Counted from the stretch's first letter, positions 38,618 to 49,487 are shown. The stretch is 64,000 bases of DNA from Patescibacteria group bacterium (GCA_023474215.1 JAMCYI010000001.1:2836-66835), one strand, 5' to 3'. Program-made: numbers and translations. Notes: generated from the letters alone by a model not told the origin.

Positions 38618-39089
38618 GAAACTACTTACCTTGTGCCTCATCTACGAACATCCGAGGATACTCTTCGGCATGAAAAAGCGGGGATTCGGCGCGGGAAGAT
38701 GGAATGGCTTCGGCGGAAAACTGAACGAGGGCGAAACCGTGGAAAAGGGGGCAAAACGCGAACTCCAGGAAGAAGCTGGCGTCACGGCAACCGAAATGGA
38801 AAAACGGGGTATTTTAGAATTCGAGTTCCAAACGAACGGGGATATCTTCGAGGTGCATGTTTTTCGCGTGAAAAGCTTTACCGGAACGCCGACGGAAAGC
38901 GAAGAGATGAAACCGCAATGGTTCGATGTCGCCGACATCCCCTACGATGCGATGTGGCCGGACGACAGATTCTGGCTCCCGCTTTTTTTGAAGGACAAGA
39001 AGTTCAAAGGAAAATTCCTCTTCGGGGAAAACGATGCGATCGTGGAGCACGAACTCTCGGAAATTGAAAATCTCGAGGAAGGCGCCTAG
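38598..39089 (+). CDS. Nudix hydrolase (MutT-like)
   Basis: Nudix box GGKLNEGETVEKGAKRELQEEAGV. Confidence 0.8.
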   Translation: MSSNKSKKLLTLCLIYEHPRILFGMKKRGFGAGRWNGFGGKLNEGETVEKGAKRELQEEAGVTATEMEKRGILEFEFQTNGDIFEVHVFRVKSFTGTPTESEEMKPQWFDVADIPYDAMWPDDRFWLPLFLKDKKFKGKFLFGENDAIVEHELSEIENLEEGA

Positions 39090-39100
39090 AATGAAAAGTC

Positions 39101-39679
39101 ATGGAAGAAAAAGAAGTAAAATTCCTCAACGTTAACAAGGAGGAATTGGAGAACAAAATAGCGGGTCTGGGCGCTACGAAAGAAGGGGATTATTTTTACA
39201 AACGGGAAGTGTTCGATTATCCCGATTTTCGTTTGGACAAGAATGGCGCATGGCTCCGCTTGAGGGACGAGGGTAATCGGATAACGCTCTCGTATAAGCA
39301 GCGGCTCGGGATCAAATCGGAGGACGGAAGCATTTCCGATGAAAGCATGAAAGAAGTGGAGATCGTCGTGAACGACTTCGAAAAGACCGCCGTGCTCCTC
39401 AAGGAACTCGGCTTCATCGAAAAACACTATGCCGAAAACAAGCGAACCCGCTGGATAAAGGATGGCGTCGAATTCGATATCGATACGTGGCCGGCGCTCG
39501 AGCCGTACCTTGAAATAGAATCATCGACCTGGGAAAAGGTTGACGAGGCGATCGCCTGGCTTGGATTGGACCCGAAAGACAAAAAGATATTTTCCACCAA
39601 TCAGATCTATAAAATGAAAGGCATGGATATCATCGATTACATTCGCCTGACATTCGACGGGCTCGTGAAAAGGAAATGA
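39101..39679 (+). CDS. CYTH-domain protein (CyaB/thiamine triphosphatase-like)
   Basis: N-terminal EKEVKFL (ExExK) signature. Confidence 0.6.
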   Translation: MEEKEVKFLNVNKEELENKIAGLGATKEGDYFYKREVFDYPDFRLDKNGAWLRLRDEGNRITLSYKQRLGIKSEDGSISDESMKEVEIVVNDFEKTAVLLKELGFIEKHYAENKRTRWIKDGVEFDIDTWPALEPYLEIESSTWEKVDEAIAWLGLDPKDKKIFSTNQIYKMKGMDIIDYIRLTFDGLVKRK

Positions 39680-39912
39680 TGAGCGAGGAAGCGAAAAATC
39701 TGAAGCTGGGCGTCTACGAACATTTCAAGCCGGAACACCATCGCTACCGCGTTCTTGGCGTCGCTCGGCACAGCGAGACGTTGGAAGAAATGGTCGTCTA
39801 CCAAGCCCTCTACGGCGAAGGGGATATCTGGGTCCGCCCCTTGAACATGTTCCTTGGAGAAGCGGAGGTCGACGGCAAAAAAGTTCCCCGCTTCACGTAC
39901 ATCAGCGAATGA
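39676..39912 (+). CDS. DUF1653-like small protein
   Basis: GVYEHFKPEHHRYRVLGV...VVYQALYG pattern. Confidence 0.45.
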   Translation: MMSEEAKNLKLGVYEHFKPEHHRYRVLGVARHSETLEEMVVYQALYGEGDIWVRPLNMFLGEAEVDGKKVPRFTYISE

Positions 39913-40879
39913 AATGAAAAGGGCGCTCATCATAACAGGTGCCGCTATTCTCGTTTTGGGAGCGGCGTGTTATTTTCTCTTCGGTGCGCCGGGGGGAGCT
40001 CCGACGCCCGAACGCTTTATCGTATCCCTCGGCGAAACTCGCGCACAGGCGATACAAAATTTGGCGGATCAAGGATTTATTCGAAGCGGCTTCGGTTTTT
40101 CGATCGCCTCTACCCTCGAAGGGAACCAAGCCATCATCCCCGGCGGATACAAAATCAACGGGAGCATGAACGTTTTTCAGGTGGTTTCGGCCTTAAACCG
40201 ACCACCCTATATGAAATGGGTCGTGGTGCCGGAAGGATTGCGAAAAGAAGAAACAGCGAACCTTCTTCAAAAAGACCTTGGATGGACCGATGCGACGAAG
40301 AACCAATTCTTGAACGCCTATCAGACCCTCGGAGGCAACGATTACAAAGAAGGCGTCTATTTCCCGGACACGTATCTTTTACCCGTCGACGAAACGGGCA
40401 CCCAGATAGCCCAGAGATTCATAACGCAATTCAACGAGAGCTTTGCTCCGTATGCCAAGGAAGCTACGGCTCAAAACATCAAATGGACGACCGCTCTCAA
40501 AATCGCTTCGATCATCCAACGGGAAGCCGCTGGCACAAGCGACATGGCGCTCATTTCCGGGATCATTTGGAACCGACTCCTGAAGAATATGCCTCTCGAC
40601 ATCGATGCGACCATTCAATACGCCCGGGGCGACACGGGCAATGGTTTCTGGGCACCGCTTGCGGTAGCCGACCTGAAAATCGACTCACTATACAACACTT
40701 ACCTCCACAAGGGTTTGCCGCCGACGCCGATATCGAATCCGGGCCTCGCAGCGATCGACGCCGCCTTGAACCCGCAAACGACGACCTGCCTCTACTATAT
40801 CCATGATGCAAATCATATCATCCACTGCGCGGATACATATGCCGAGCAAGAATTAAATGTAAAGAAATATCTCCAATGA
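39912..40879 (+). CDS. mltG: endolytic murein transglycosylase MltG (YceG-like)
   Basis: N-terminal TM; GLPPTPISNPG motif. Confidence 0.8.
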
Positions 40880-41643
40880 AAAATACACTGACGCCATCAA
40901 AAAACGCAGAACGAATGGCAATTCAGTATCTTCAACACGAATTCAGGAAAATCTTGAACGGCATTCGGGACCCGAAGACTTGGAGATTAATAGACAGAGA
41001 AATCGCCAATTTCCCCAAAACACAGGGTGGGGCATCATTCTGGAATCTCGTTGCGGCTATATCGGAAGATTGGAAACTGAAATCGGTCTTCCGAATATTG
41101 TCGGACACGCGGGTCACTTGGACACTGCAAGAAATTTCCCTGAAGAGAATTGTCCTCACCGGGATGTCGCCGGAAATCGACCGCTACACAATAGCGCGAT
41201 GCGACGGGAGTCCGAAGCAGTTTCTTAAACTGTGGGAAGGTAATCGGAAAGCGCGGAGCGACATATTGAAAACAGGATTCTCAAAACACGGGGAGCGAGA
41301 TTACTATCCCATCTTCCTTTGGGAGGGACCGGATGGCCTCCACGTTTTTGATGGCATGCGGAGGATGCTCCTTGCGATCATCAATCGCAAAAAGACGATC
41401 AGGGCATGGGTCGGGAAACCTTCGAGGAAGAAGGGAGGACCACTCATTGCAAACGGTTTTGCTTATGCTCTGTCAGCGGTTTACCGGCATGCCGGCAAGA
41501 GAAATAATGCCCTTGATAATGCCATCATCGAAATCGTAAAAACGATAAAAAGAGATTATCGGAACGGCAAAGAGGTGACAGAAAAAAGAATCGCTGGCTG
41601 GTCGCGCGATGAAAAGATAAAAAAGATATTCGGTCAAAAATGA
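40876..41643 (+). CDS. hypothetical protein (255 aa)
   Basis: ORF, 4-bp overlap with mltG. Confidence 0.45.
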   Translation: MKNTLTPSKNAERMAIQYLQHEFRKILNGIRDPKTWRLIDREIANFPKTQGGASFWNLVAAISEDWKLKSVFRILSDTRVTWTLQEISLKRIVLTGMSPEIDRYTIARCDGSPKQFLKLWEGNRKARSDILKTGFSKHGERDYYPIFLWEGPDGLHVFDGMRRMLLAIINRKKTIRAWVGKPSRKKGGPLIANGFAYALSAVYRHAGKRNNALDNAIIEIVKTIKRDYRNGKEVTEKRIAGWSRDEKIKKIFGQK

Positions 41644-41764
41644 AAAATCGTGCTAAAATAGGCGGAAGGCCGGGCAATCCGGCATACCGAACGCCCGCAC
41701 GGTTGCGGGCAAATGTAAAGTTCAAAATACAAAAGTCAAAACTGAAATTAAAAACTAAAAAACA

Positions 41765-42439
41765 ATGAATGGAAAGTTATACGTCGTGGGAACACCCATC
41801 GGCAATCTGAAAGACATCACGGAAAGGGCAAAGGAGACGCTCACAAGCGTCGATTTGGTACTTGCGGAAGACACGCGGGTCACATCAAAACTCCTAAACC
41901 ATCTCGGCATTAAGAAGCCGATGTGGCGGTACGATGAATACGCAAAAAGCGATCTCTATGAACGGATCCTCGAGTTCCTCGGCGCAGGAAAGGAAATCGC
42001 GCTCGTAACGGACGCAGGAACGCCCTTGATTGCCGACCCCGGATCGAAACTCATTGCCTTCATACGAGAAAGGACGCCCGAAGTGAAGATCGTCCCGATC
42101 CCGGGACCATCGGCCATCGTAACCGCGCTTTCCGCGTCCGGCATGAACGCCGACCGATTCACATTCGCCGGATACCCGCCGCATAAGAAGGGGAGGCAAA
42201 CATTTTTCAAAACCTTGAAACAGATCGAAATGCGACCGGTCGTCATATATGAATCGCCGCACCGGCTTCAAAAAACGTTCAACGACATGGAAAAGATCTG
42301 CGGCATTGAACATCCGATAACCGTGGCAAAAGAATTGACGAAAATACACGAAGAGATTTGGAAGGGGACGCTCGAAGAAGCAAAAAGACATTTTCAAAAA
42401 GAAAAGGGGAAAGGTGAATTCGTCATCATCATACCGTAA
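41765..42439 (+). CDS. rsmI: 16S rRNA 2'-O-methyltransferase RsmI
   Basis: KLYVVGTPIGNLKDITERA...LAEDTR. Confidence 0.85.
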   Translation: MNGKLYVVGTPIGNLKDITERAKETLTSVDLVLAEDTRVTSKLLNHLGIKKPMWRYDEYAKSDLYERILEFLGAGKEIALVTDAGTPLIADPGSKLIAFIRERTPEVKIVPIPGPSAIVTALSASGMNADRFTFAGYPPHKKGRQTFFKTLKQIEMRPVVIYESPHRLQKTFNDMEKICGIEHPITVAKELTKIHEEIWKGTLEEAKRHFQKEKGKGEFVIIIP

Positions 42440-43038
42440 TGGCTTACCGGGGGAAAAGAATTTTAGATCTCGTGATCGCACTGCCGGCTTCACTTTTTAC
42501 CGTGTTCCTCACGCCTTTCGTGGGGCTTGCCGTGGCCCTCGAAGACGGCTTTCCGATATTCGTACGTCTTGAACGGATAAGCGACGGTAAAGTGATCCGC
42601 GTGTGGAAATTCCGTTCAATGATAAAGGGAGCACAAACGATGAAAAAAGAACTGGGGAGCTTGAACGAGCGGAAAGACGGCCCGCTTTTCAAGATCAAAA
42701 ACGATCCGCGCCTCACGAAGACCGGCAAGATACTCCGCAAATTCAGACTGGACGAGTTCCCGCAAGCATGGAATATCCTTTCGGGCGATATCTCTCTCGT
42801 CGGCCCGCGGCCGCACGAGCCCGGGGAAATCGGCCAATATCCTCCGGAATTCAAACGCCTGTCGCTCGCACAATCAGGCCTCACCGGCCTTTCTCAAGTT
42901 TCAGGCGCTTCAAAACTGCCGTTCAAAGAAGAAGTGGCGCTCGATGTTTACTACGTCGACCACGAATCATTCCTCATGGACATGAAGATCCTTTGGAAGA
43001 CCATCGCCATTTTTTTCTCCGACCCGACCGGAGTGTGA
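42439..43038 (+). CDS. bacterial sugar transferase (undecaprenyl-phosphate hexose-1-phosphate transferase, PglC/WbaP C-domain type)
   Basis: KFRSM, DGPLFK...DPR, DEFPQ...SLVGPRP motifs. Confidence 0.85.
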   Translation: MAYRGKRILDLVIALPASLFTVFLTPFVGLAVALEDGFPIFVRLERISDGKVIRVWKFRSMIKGAQTMKKELGSLNERKDGPLFKIKNDPRLTKTGKILRKFRLDEFPQAWNILSGDISLVGPRPHEPGEIGQYPPEFKRLSLAQSGLTGLSQVSGASKLPFKEEVALDVYYVDHESFLMDMKILWKTIAIFFSDPTGV

Positions 43039-43042
43039 GCGA

Positions 43043-43180
43043 GTGAGGGTATTTCTCTTCAAAACACGCTATCAAATTCCCCAGCGTGGAATTTGCGCTC
43101 GCTCTCGGCCTCGCTCTGCCCTTCGGGCAACCATGCCCGCGAGGCCTCCGAGACGGTTTCGAAAGAGAAATATCCTCACC
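43043..43180. repeat. palindrome-flanked element family A (TIR GTGAGGGTATTTCTCTT / AAGAGAAATATCCTCAC), 5 nt after stop
   Basis: 16/17 TIR; internal aaacacgct...cgctcgctctcgg...gagacggttt shared with 49488..49629. Confidence 0.6.
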
Positions 43181-43262
43181 CTTTGGTAAAGTTTTTATAT
43201 TCAAAAGAGGCACAGCTAAAAAGAATGGAAAATCATATAAAACCAGGGTAGAATGAGACCTA

Positions 43263-44360
43263 ATGAAGGTTGCCATTCTGCATGATTATTTGAACCAATT
43301 CGGCGGCGCGGAGCGCGTCGTGAAAGTCCTTCTCGAAATATTCCCGCAAGCGGACCTCTACACGCTTCTGTACGACAAACAAAAAACCAGCGGCCTCTTC
43401 GACCGGAACATAAAAAAGACCAGCTTCATGGACATCCCGTTCATTCGGAACCATCATCGAATGTTCATACCCTTCATGCCGTTCGCCGCAAAGTACCTTA
43501 CGTCGCCCGAAAAATACGATCTCGTCATTTCGTCGACGGCCGGTTACGGCAAGGGGATCAACGTCCGGGGGAAATATCACATAAGCTACTGCCACACGCC
43601 CTTACGGTATGCATGGGAAATCGACTACTTGAAAAACCTCTCCGCTTCGCCGCGGCCTCTTTCGAATGCCATCGCATACCCCATCGCACGAAGGCTCCGC
43701 GAATGGGATAAGCGCTCCGCCAGCCGAGTGAATCTTTTTATCGCCAACTCAACCTTCATCGCCGATAAAATAAAATCATACTACGGCAGAGATGCGGTGG
43801 TCGTGAATCCGCCGGTAAACTTGAAGATTTTTTTCCCAGAGCCGACCGCCGCAAAACGCGATTATTATCTCATGGCCGGGCGACTGTTGTACTACAAGGG
43901 CTTCGACCTCGGTATTGCGGCCTTTAATCAGCTCCAAAAGCCCCTGAAGATCGTGGGGCAGGGTCCCGAACTCGAGAAACTCATGAAGATGGCGAGATCT
44001 CAAAAAATAGAATTCATCACGAAAGCCGACGATCGCGAACTCCGAAAGCTCTATGCGAACGCGAAAGCGCTCTTATTCCCTCAAATCGAAGATTTCGGAC
44101 TCGTCGCCGCCGAAGCTCAAGCGTGCGGCACGCCGGTCATCGCTTACGAACGGGGCGGCATTCGGGATATTGTCATAAACAAAAAGACCGGCTTGTTCTT
44201 CAATGAGCAAACGCCGGCAGCCATCGTCGAGGCCGTAAAGGATTTCGAGAATATGTCCTTCTCGAGAAGTTCCATCGCGAAAGCCGCAGAACGTTTCTCC
44301 AAAGAAAATTTTATACGGGAATTTTTGGAGATTCTTCGGTCATACGGCCTGATGATATGA
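43263..44360 (+). CDS. glycosyltransferase family 4
   Basis: EDFGLVAAEAQACGTPVIAYERGGIRDIV. Confidence 0.85.
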   Translation: MKVAILHDYLNQFGGAERVVKVLLEIFPQADLYTLLYDKQKTSGLFDRNIKKTSFMDIPFIRNHHRMFIPFMPFAAKYLTSPEKYDLVISSTAGYGKGINVRGKYHISYCHTPLRYAWEIDYLKNLSASPRPLSNAIAYPIARRLREWDKRSASRVNLFIANSTFIADKIKSYYGRDAVVVNPPVNLKIFFPEPTAAKRDYYLMAGRLLYYKGFDLGIAAFNQLQKPLKIVGQGPELEKLMKMARSQKIEFITKADDRELRKLYANAKALLFPQIEDFGLVAAEAQACGTPVIAYERGGIRDIVINKKTGLFFNEQTPAAIVEAVKDFENMSFSRSSIAKAAERFSKENFIREFLEILRSYGLMI

Positions 44361-45481
44361 AGATCTTCATTGACGCACGGTCGCTCTATGCCCATATCAT
44401 TTCCGGCGTGCCGGAGTATACGCGTCTTGCCATAACTGCGATGGCAAGCCGGTTTCCAAGCGAAGAATTTTTATTCTTCGCCAATCGCTCGAAAATGAAG
44501 TCGAAAAAAAATCCGCTGGAAAACGAGGTAAAAGGGGAATGGCTGAACCTCGGAATATCCAACAAGATTTGGAGCGCTACAAATCGTCTCTTCGGCTTGC
44601 CGAAGATAGACAAGCTGGTTCGCGCCGACGTTTACTGGAGTCCTCACATCGACATCCTTTCTTTTAAGAATCCTGCGCGTCACGTCCTGACGATCCACGA
44701 CCTTTCCTTCGTCTTTTATCCGGAATTCTTCACATGGCAAAAAAACTTCTGGCACTGGCGGCAAAACTACGAACGGCAAATCAAGGAAGCGGGGCGCGTG
44801 ATCGCCGTTTCGGAGTTCACGCGGCGGACGATCATCGACCGGTTCCGCTTGGATGAAAGAAAAGTCGTCCGCATTTATCCGGGACTCGACGATTTCTATC
44901 GCGGCAAAACGGAGGGGAAGGAAACGGGTGAAAGGAAATATCCTTTTCTCCTCCACGTCGGAACTTTGGAGCCGCGGAAAAACGCAATCGGAGCCATCCG
45001 GGCTTTCAACCTCGTAAAACAAAACGGACGCTTCAAGGACCTCAAATTCATTCTTGTGGGCGCCCCGGGTTGGCTGTATCAAAAGATCCTCGTGGAAATC
45101 GATCGATCGCCGGCAAAAAACGACATTGTCGTTTGGGGGAAGGCGACCAGAGAAGACCTCCGGAGCCTCTACCGGCAAGCCGCGGCCTTTGTCTATCCTT
45201 CTTTTTTCGAAGGGTTTGCATTCCCATGCCTCGAAGCTCAAGCATCCGGAACCCCGGTCATAGCCTCCAATCGAGGCCCCCTCGAGGAAGTGTTAGGCAC
45301 AAGCGCCCTCCTCGTCGATCCTTGGAAAATCGGCGATCTCGCATTGGCAATAGAAAGCGTTTTGTTGGACAATAAAGTAAAAGAACATTTGATCGAGGCT
45401 GGCCGGAAGAATGCGGATCGATTCCAATGGCAAACGACAGCCGAGGAGCTTATGAAAACCTTCCGAGAAATACATGGCTAA
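44357..45481 (+). CDS. glycosyltransferase family 4
   Basis: EGFAFPCLEAQASGTPVIASNRGPLEEVLG. Confidence 0.85.
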   Translation: MKIFIDARSLYAHIISGVPEYTRLAITAMASRFPSEEFLFFANRSKMKSKKNPLENEVKGEWLNLGISNKIWSATNRLFGLPKIDKLVRADVYWSPHIDILSFKNPARHVLTIHDLSFVFYPEFFTWQKNFWHWRQNYERQIKEAGRVIAVSEFTRRTIIDRFRLDERKVVRIYPGLDDFYRGKTEGKETGERKYPFLLHVGTLEPRKNAIGAIRAFNLVKQNGRFKDLKFILVGAPGWLYQKILVEIDRSPAKNDIVVWGKATREDLRSLYRQAAAFVYPSFFEGFAFPCLEAQASGTPVIASNRGPLEEVLGTSALLVDPWKIGDLALAIESVLLDNKVKEHLIEAGRKNADRFQWQTTAEELMKTFREIHG

Positions 45482-47579
45482 AAGGAACGTCCCCAAAAAG
45501 AATATCGATCCCATTTTAGTTGACGTCAAGAAACCGAACTTCAACTACGACCATCTCCGAAAATTCGAGATCGTCAATCTCACGAAGATCCCCAAGCAGG
45601 AAAAGAGGAACGCGGTTTCGATCGCAAAAAGGGTCCTCCTTGCCGTTTTCATTGCGGGGATCGTGGGATTCGTTTCGTTCATCGGCATCACCTTCGCGAA
45701 TATCCGGCAAATGAAGGCGACCGTCGAGGAAAGTGGGGCGCAAATCATGCAGAATTTCAGTTCATCGGTCGGAGCCCTCAAAAACTTCGAGCCGTCGACC
45801 GCCGCAACGTATCTCGAGAACAACTCGAAATCGCTCGCTAACATCGACAACCTCGTGACAAAGGGGTTCGGCGAAAACATCGTGCAAACGGTGAGCAATT
45901 TCGTCCCCATCATCAAACAAGCGTTCGGTCTTGTAGGACAAGTGTCCAATTTGAACGGGGATCTTTTGGAACTTACCCAAACGATCGCCGATCTCCAAAA
46001 GAACGGATTTAAAGACTTCAAAAGCAACGGCCCCGCACTTATTGCAGACCTCGAAAAACTCCACACCCTCGTCCAAAATCTCAACAGCGAGGCGGGGGGC
46101 ATCAAGAATACCACTTCGTATCTCAAGAGCATGTCGAGCTTTTTCGGAGGATTGGACCAAAATGTCGGAAACGAATATTTGAAGTACAGTTCCGAGCTCT
46201 ACGGCTGGGATAACGTGCTGGTTCAACTGACCAACTTCCTGAACTCCCCGACACCGAAGCATATTGCCGTTCTCTTCCAAAATCCGGCAGAAATACGGCC
46301 CGGCGGGGGATTCATCGGAAGCTACGCGGATGTGAGCGTCCAAAACGGCCAAATGCAGGGCATGGACGTGCGAGACATTTACGATCCGGACGGCCAGCTT
46401 GCCATTAAGGTGATACCGCCCGAAGAATTGCAGGCGACGACTCCCAATTGGGGCGCCCGCGATTCCAACTGGTTCTTCGACTTTCCAACGTCGGCAAAAA
46501 CGACACTGAACTTCTTGAACGCTTCAAAAATGTACTCCGACAAGGGGATCCGCTTCGATGCGGCGATCGCCATCAACATCAACGTCGTAAACTCCCTCCT
46601 TGATGTTACGGGACCTATCACATCGCCCGGATATCCAACCGTCGATTCGTCGAATTTTCTCGAAGAAGTTCAGCGCGAGACGGAGCAGAGCGCGAACCAG
46701 CGAGCCGGGCAGCCGAAAAAAATCCTGCAAGTTCTGGCGCCGATCCTCATGGAAAAGTTGGATGCGCTCGACAGCGATCAATCGAAAGCGCTCATCGATG
46801 CCCTCAAAAATGACCTTCAAAAGAAGGATATCATGTTTTACTCCACCGATCCCACAATCGAGAATTTCCTCGACTCGAACGACGTGAATGGCGGCGTTTA
46901 CCAGCTCCCCGACGGCTTTTGGGGAAACTATCTCGCAGTCGTGAACGCCAACGTTGCCGGCGGCAAGAGCGATGCGTTCGTAAAGGAGGCGGTGAACGCT
47001 CATGTCGACATTGACACGAGCGGGAACACCTTTACGGATGTAACCGTCACGAGACAGCATACCGGCAACACTCAAACGGATCCATGGTGGCGCGCCACGA
47101 ACAATGATTTTCTACAGATCTTCACGGAACCGAACTCGAGCCTCGTCGACGTGACCGGCGAAAACACGCGAAAGAAATACTCAACGCTCGACTATGCCAA
47201 TTCCGACTACGCCGTGAATCCGGATCTCGCTGCCATTCAAGCGAACGAGGTGTTCCTTACCAATTTCAACACGTGGCAGCGATCCGAATTCGGCAAGAAC
47301 GTTTTCGGAACCTGGCTTTTCACAAAGGCGGGGACGACCTCCACGCTCACCATGCGTTACCAAACGAGCTATAACGGCATCAAGGTTTTGATGCCCGGCC
47401 AAAAATACACGTTCGTCTTCGAGCGGCAGTCGGGTGTCCAAAACTCACTCGATTTGACCATCAACGCTCCCTTCAAATATTATTGGGTAGAATCCAATTC
47501 GCCGGTCTATACGTATCACACAGACGACCCGGATAAGCGGATCATCATAACCCTCACGCTTGGGTATCAAAGTCAATAA
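45474..47579 (+). CDS. large membrane-anchored extracellular protein (701 aa), possibly DUF4012-like, in glycan cluster
   Basis: N-terminal TM; IRPGGGFIGSYADVSV motif; gene context. Confidence 0.45.
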   Translation: MAKRNVPKKNIDPILVDVKKPNFNYDHLRKFEIVNLTKIPKQEKRNAVSIAKRVLLAVFIAGIVGFVSFIGITFANIRQMKATVEESGAQIMQNFSSSVGALKNFEPSTAATYLENNSKSLANIDNLVTKGFGENIVQTVSNFVPIIKQAFGLVGQVSNLNGDLLELTQTIADLQKNGFKDFKSNGPALIADLEKLHTLVQNLNSEAGGIKNTTSYLKSMSSFFGGLDQNVGNEYLKYSSELYGWDNVLVQLTNFLNSPTPKHIAVLFQNPAEIRPGGGFIGSYADVSVQNGQMQGMDVRDIYDPDGQLAIKVIPPEELQATTPNWGARDSNWFFDFPTSAKTTLNFLNASKMYSDKGIRFDAAIAININVVNSLLDVTGPITSPGYPTVDSSNFLEEVQRETEQSANQRAGQPKKILQVLAPILMEKLDALDSDQSKALIDALKNDLQKKDIMFYSTDPTIENFLDSNDVNGGVYQLPDGFWGNYLAVVNANVAGGKSDAFVKEAVNAHVDIDTSGNTFTDVTVTRQHTGNTQTDPWWRATNNDFLQIFTEPNSSLVDVTGENTRKKYSTLDYANSDYAVNPDLAAIQANEVFLTNFNTWQRSEFGKNVFGTWLFTKAGTTSTLTMRYQTSYNGIKVLMPGQKYTFVFERQSGVQNSLDLTINAPFKYYWVESNSPVYTYHTDDPDKRIIITLTLGYQSQ

Positions 47580-49486
47580 TGGAAACCATTCGAAATTTTT
47601 GCATTATCGCTCATATCGATCACGGTAAGAGCACGCTTGCCGACCGCCTTCTCGAGATCACGGGGACGGTCGAATCGCGGCGCATGCATGCCCAGTATTT
47701 GGATCAACTCGATCTCGAGCAAGAGCGGGGGATCACCATCAAAATGGCCCCCGTCCGGATGGCATATCATCCGGAATTAGGAATTTCGAATTTCGAATTT
47801 CGAAACAAAGAAAACAATCCTGCTGCCGCTCAAAATTCAAAATTAAAAATTAAAAATTCAGGTTCAGAATATATTCTGAACCTCATAGATACTCCCGGCC
47901 ACTCCGATTTCGCGTACGAAGTATCGCGATCGTTGAACGCCGTCGAGGGCGGCATTCTTCTTGTCGACGCGACACAGGGGATCCAAGCCCAGACACTTTC
48001 CAATTTCAGAGCGGCAAAAGCGGCCGGCCTCACGCTCATCGGGGCGATCAATAAGATCGATCTTTTCAAGGATCGGAACGACCACGCACTTGCCGAACTC
48101 CGAAAGGAAGTGGCGGAACTCCTGGGGATAGGGCCGGAGGACGTTTTCATGGTTTCAGGGAAGACCGGCGAAGGTGTCGAGCAACTTTTGTCGGCTATTA
48201 TCGAAAAGGTTCCGCCGCCAAAAGTCGCAAATTCAAATTTCAAATTTCAAATTTCAAATTTGGGCCGCGCTCTTATCTTCGATTCGTTCTACGACGATCA
48301 TAAAGGCATCGTCGCTTCCGTTCGCGTTTTCGAGGGAGCTTTCGAACGCGAAGACCCGATCGTTCTTGCAGCAACGGGCACCGAAGTAAAGATCAAAGAG
48401 GTCGGTTACTTCTCGCCTCAGCCGAAAGCAGCTCAATCGATCAAGAAAGGCGAGATCGGCTACATTGCGACCGGCATCAAAGACACGAGCAAAGTAAAGA
48501 TCGGCGACACCGTTCTCATGATCCCCAAACCTTACACCATCGACCCTCAAACCCTCGCTCTTCCCGGTTACCGGGAGCCGAACCCCGTGGTTTTCGTTTC
48601 TTTTTATCCCGAAGATGCCGACGACTATGAAAATCTGAAGAGGGGACTTGAAAAACTCCATTTGAACGACTCATCGCTCCATATCGAGCCGGACCAGAAT
48701 GAGATTCTGGGGAGGGGATTCAAAGTCGGATTCCTCGGCAAGCTTCACTTTGAAATAACCGCGGAGCGCCTCGAGCGCGAGTTCGATGCGCGGGTCGTAA
48801 GCACGTTCCCATCCGTCGTCTACAAGATCGTCAATAAAGGAAAGGAAGAATTCATTACAAAACCGGAAGATCTGCCGAACGAATACGACGAGATTTGGGA
48901 ACCGCTCGTCCGCATCAATATCCTCGTTCCTTCGAATTACCTTGCAAGCGTCCTCTCGCTCCAGAATAAATTCCGGATCGAGGATCTGACGACGAAGACG
49001 GTCGTGAACTCCATCGATATCGAAGCGATCATGCCTCTTTCCGAACTCGTGAGCGATTTCGACGACCAACTGAAATCGGCAACGTCCGGCTATGCTTCGT
49101 TCAGCTACGAATTTTTGGACTATCGCAAGGCCGACGTCGTGAAAGTGGATAATTTCGTCGCGGGCGAGATCATTCCGGGCCTTTCGCGGTTCTTCCCTCG
49201 GGAAAGCGTGGAGCGTGAAGCGCGGAAGATGGTGGAAAAACTAAAAATTACCCTTCCGAAACAGCAGTTCCCGCAGGCGCTCCAAGCGAAGATCTCGGGG
49301 AAGGTCATCGCACGCGAGGATATTCCGGCCATGCGGAAGGAACTCGGCAATTTCGGCAAAAACGGCGGAGACCGGACGCGAAAAATGAAACTCTGGCAAA
49401 AGCAGAAAAGGGGGAAGGAAAAACTGAAAGCAATGGGAAAGGTGCGGATCGCGCCGGAGGTATTCAAGGAATTAATTAAGAAATAA
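47579..49486 (+). CDS. lepA: elongation factor 4 (LepA) with two in-frame repeat-derived insertions
   Basis: NFCIIAHIDHGKSTL, DTPGH; C-terminal LepA domain; insertions at about 47772-47884 and 48227-48262. Confidence 0.95.
   Translation: METIRNFCIIAHIDHGKSTLADRLLEITGTVESRRMHAQYLDQLDLEQERGITIKMAPVRMAYHPELGISNFEFRNKENNPAAAQNSKLKIKNSGSEYILNLIDTPGHSDFAYEVSRSLNAVEGGILLVDATQGIQAQTLSNFRAAKAAGLTLIGAINKIDLFKDRNDHALAELRKEVAELLGIGPEDVFMVSGKTGEGVEQLLSAIIEKVPPPKVANSNFKFQISNLGRALIFDSFYDDHKGIVASVRVFEGAFEREDPIVLAATGTEVKIKEVGYFSPQPKAAQSIKKGEIGYIATGIKDTSKVKIGDTVLMIPKPYTIDPQTLALPGYREPNPVVFVSFYPEDADDYENLKRGLEKLHLNDSSLHIEPDQNEILGRGFKVGFLGKLHFEITAERLEREFDARVVSTFPSVVYKIVNKGKEEFITKPEDLPNEYDEIWEPLVRINILVPSNYLASVLSLQNKFRIEDLTTKTVVNSIDIEAIMPLSELVSDFDDQLKSATSGYASFSYEFLDYRKADVVKVDNFVAGEIIPGLSRFFPRESVEREARKMVEKLKITLPKQQFPQALQAKISGKVIAREDIPAMRKELGNFGKNGGDRTRKMKLWQKQKRGKEKLKAMGKVRIAPEVFKELIKK
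47780..47884. repeat. (GAATTTC)3 - spacer - (AAAATTM)4 - 24-bp perfect palindrome ggttcagaatatattctgaacc, in-frame inside lepA
   Basis: direct reading; adds ~27 aa between G2 and G3 regions relative to E. coli LepA. Confidence 0.85.
48227..48262. repeat. (AAATTTC)n heptamer tandem repeat in-frame inside lepA
   Basis: aaattcaaatttcaaatttcaaatttcaaattt. Confidence 0.85.
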
Positions 49487-49487
49487 C

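Noticed and set aside
47780-48262. CRISPR array (short repeats inside lepA)
   Set aside because: Repeats are 7-bp tandem units without spacers and lie within a continuous conserved ORF; not CRISPR
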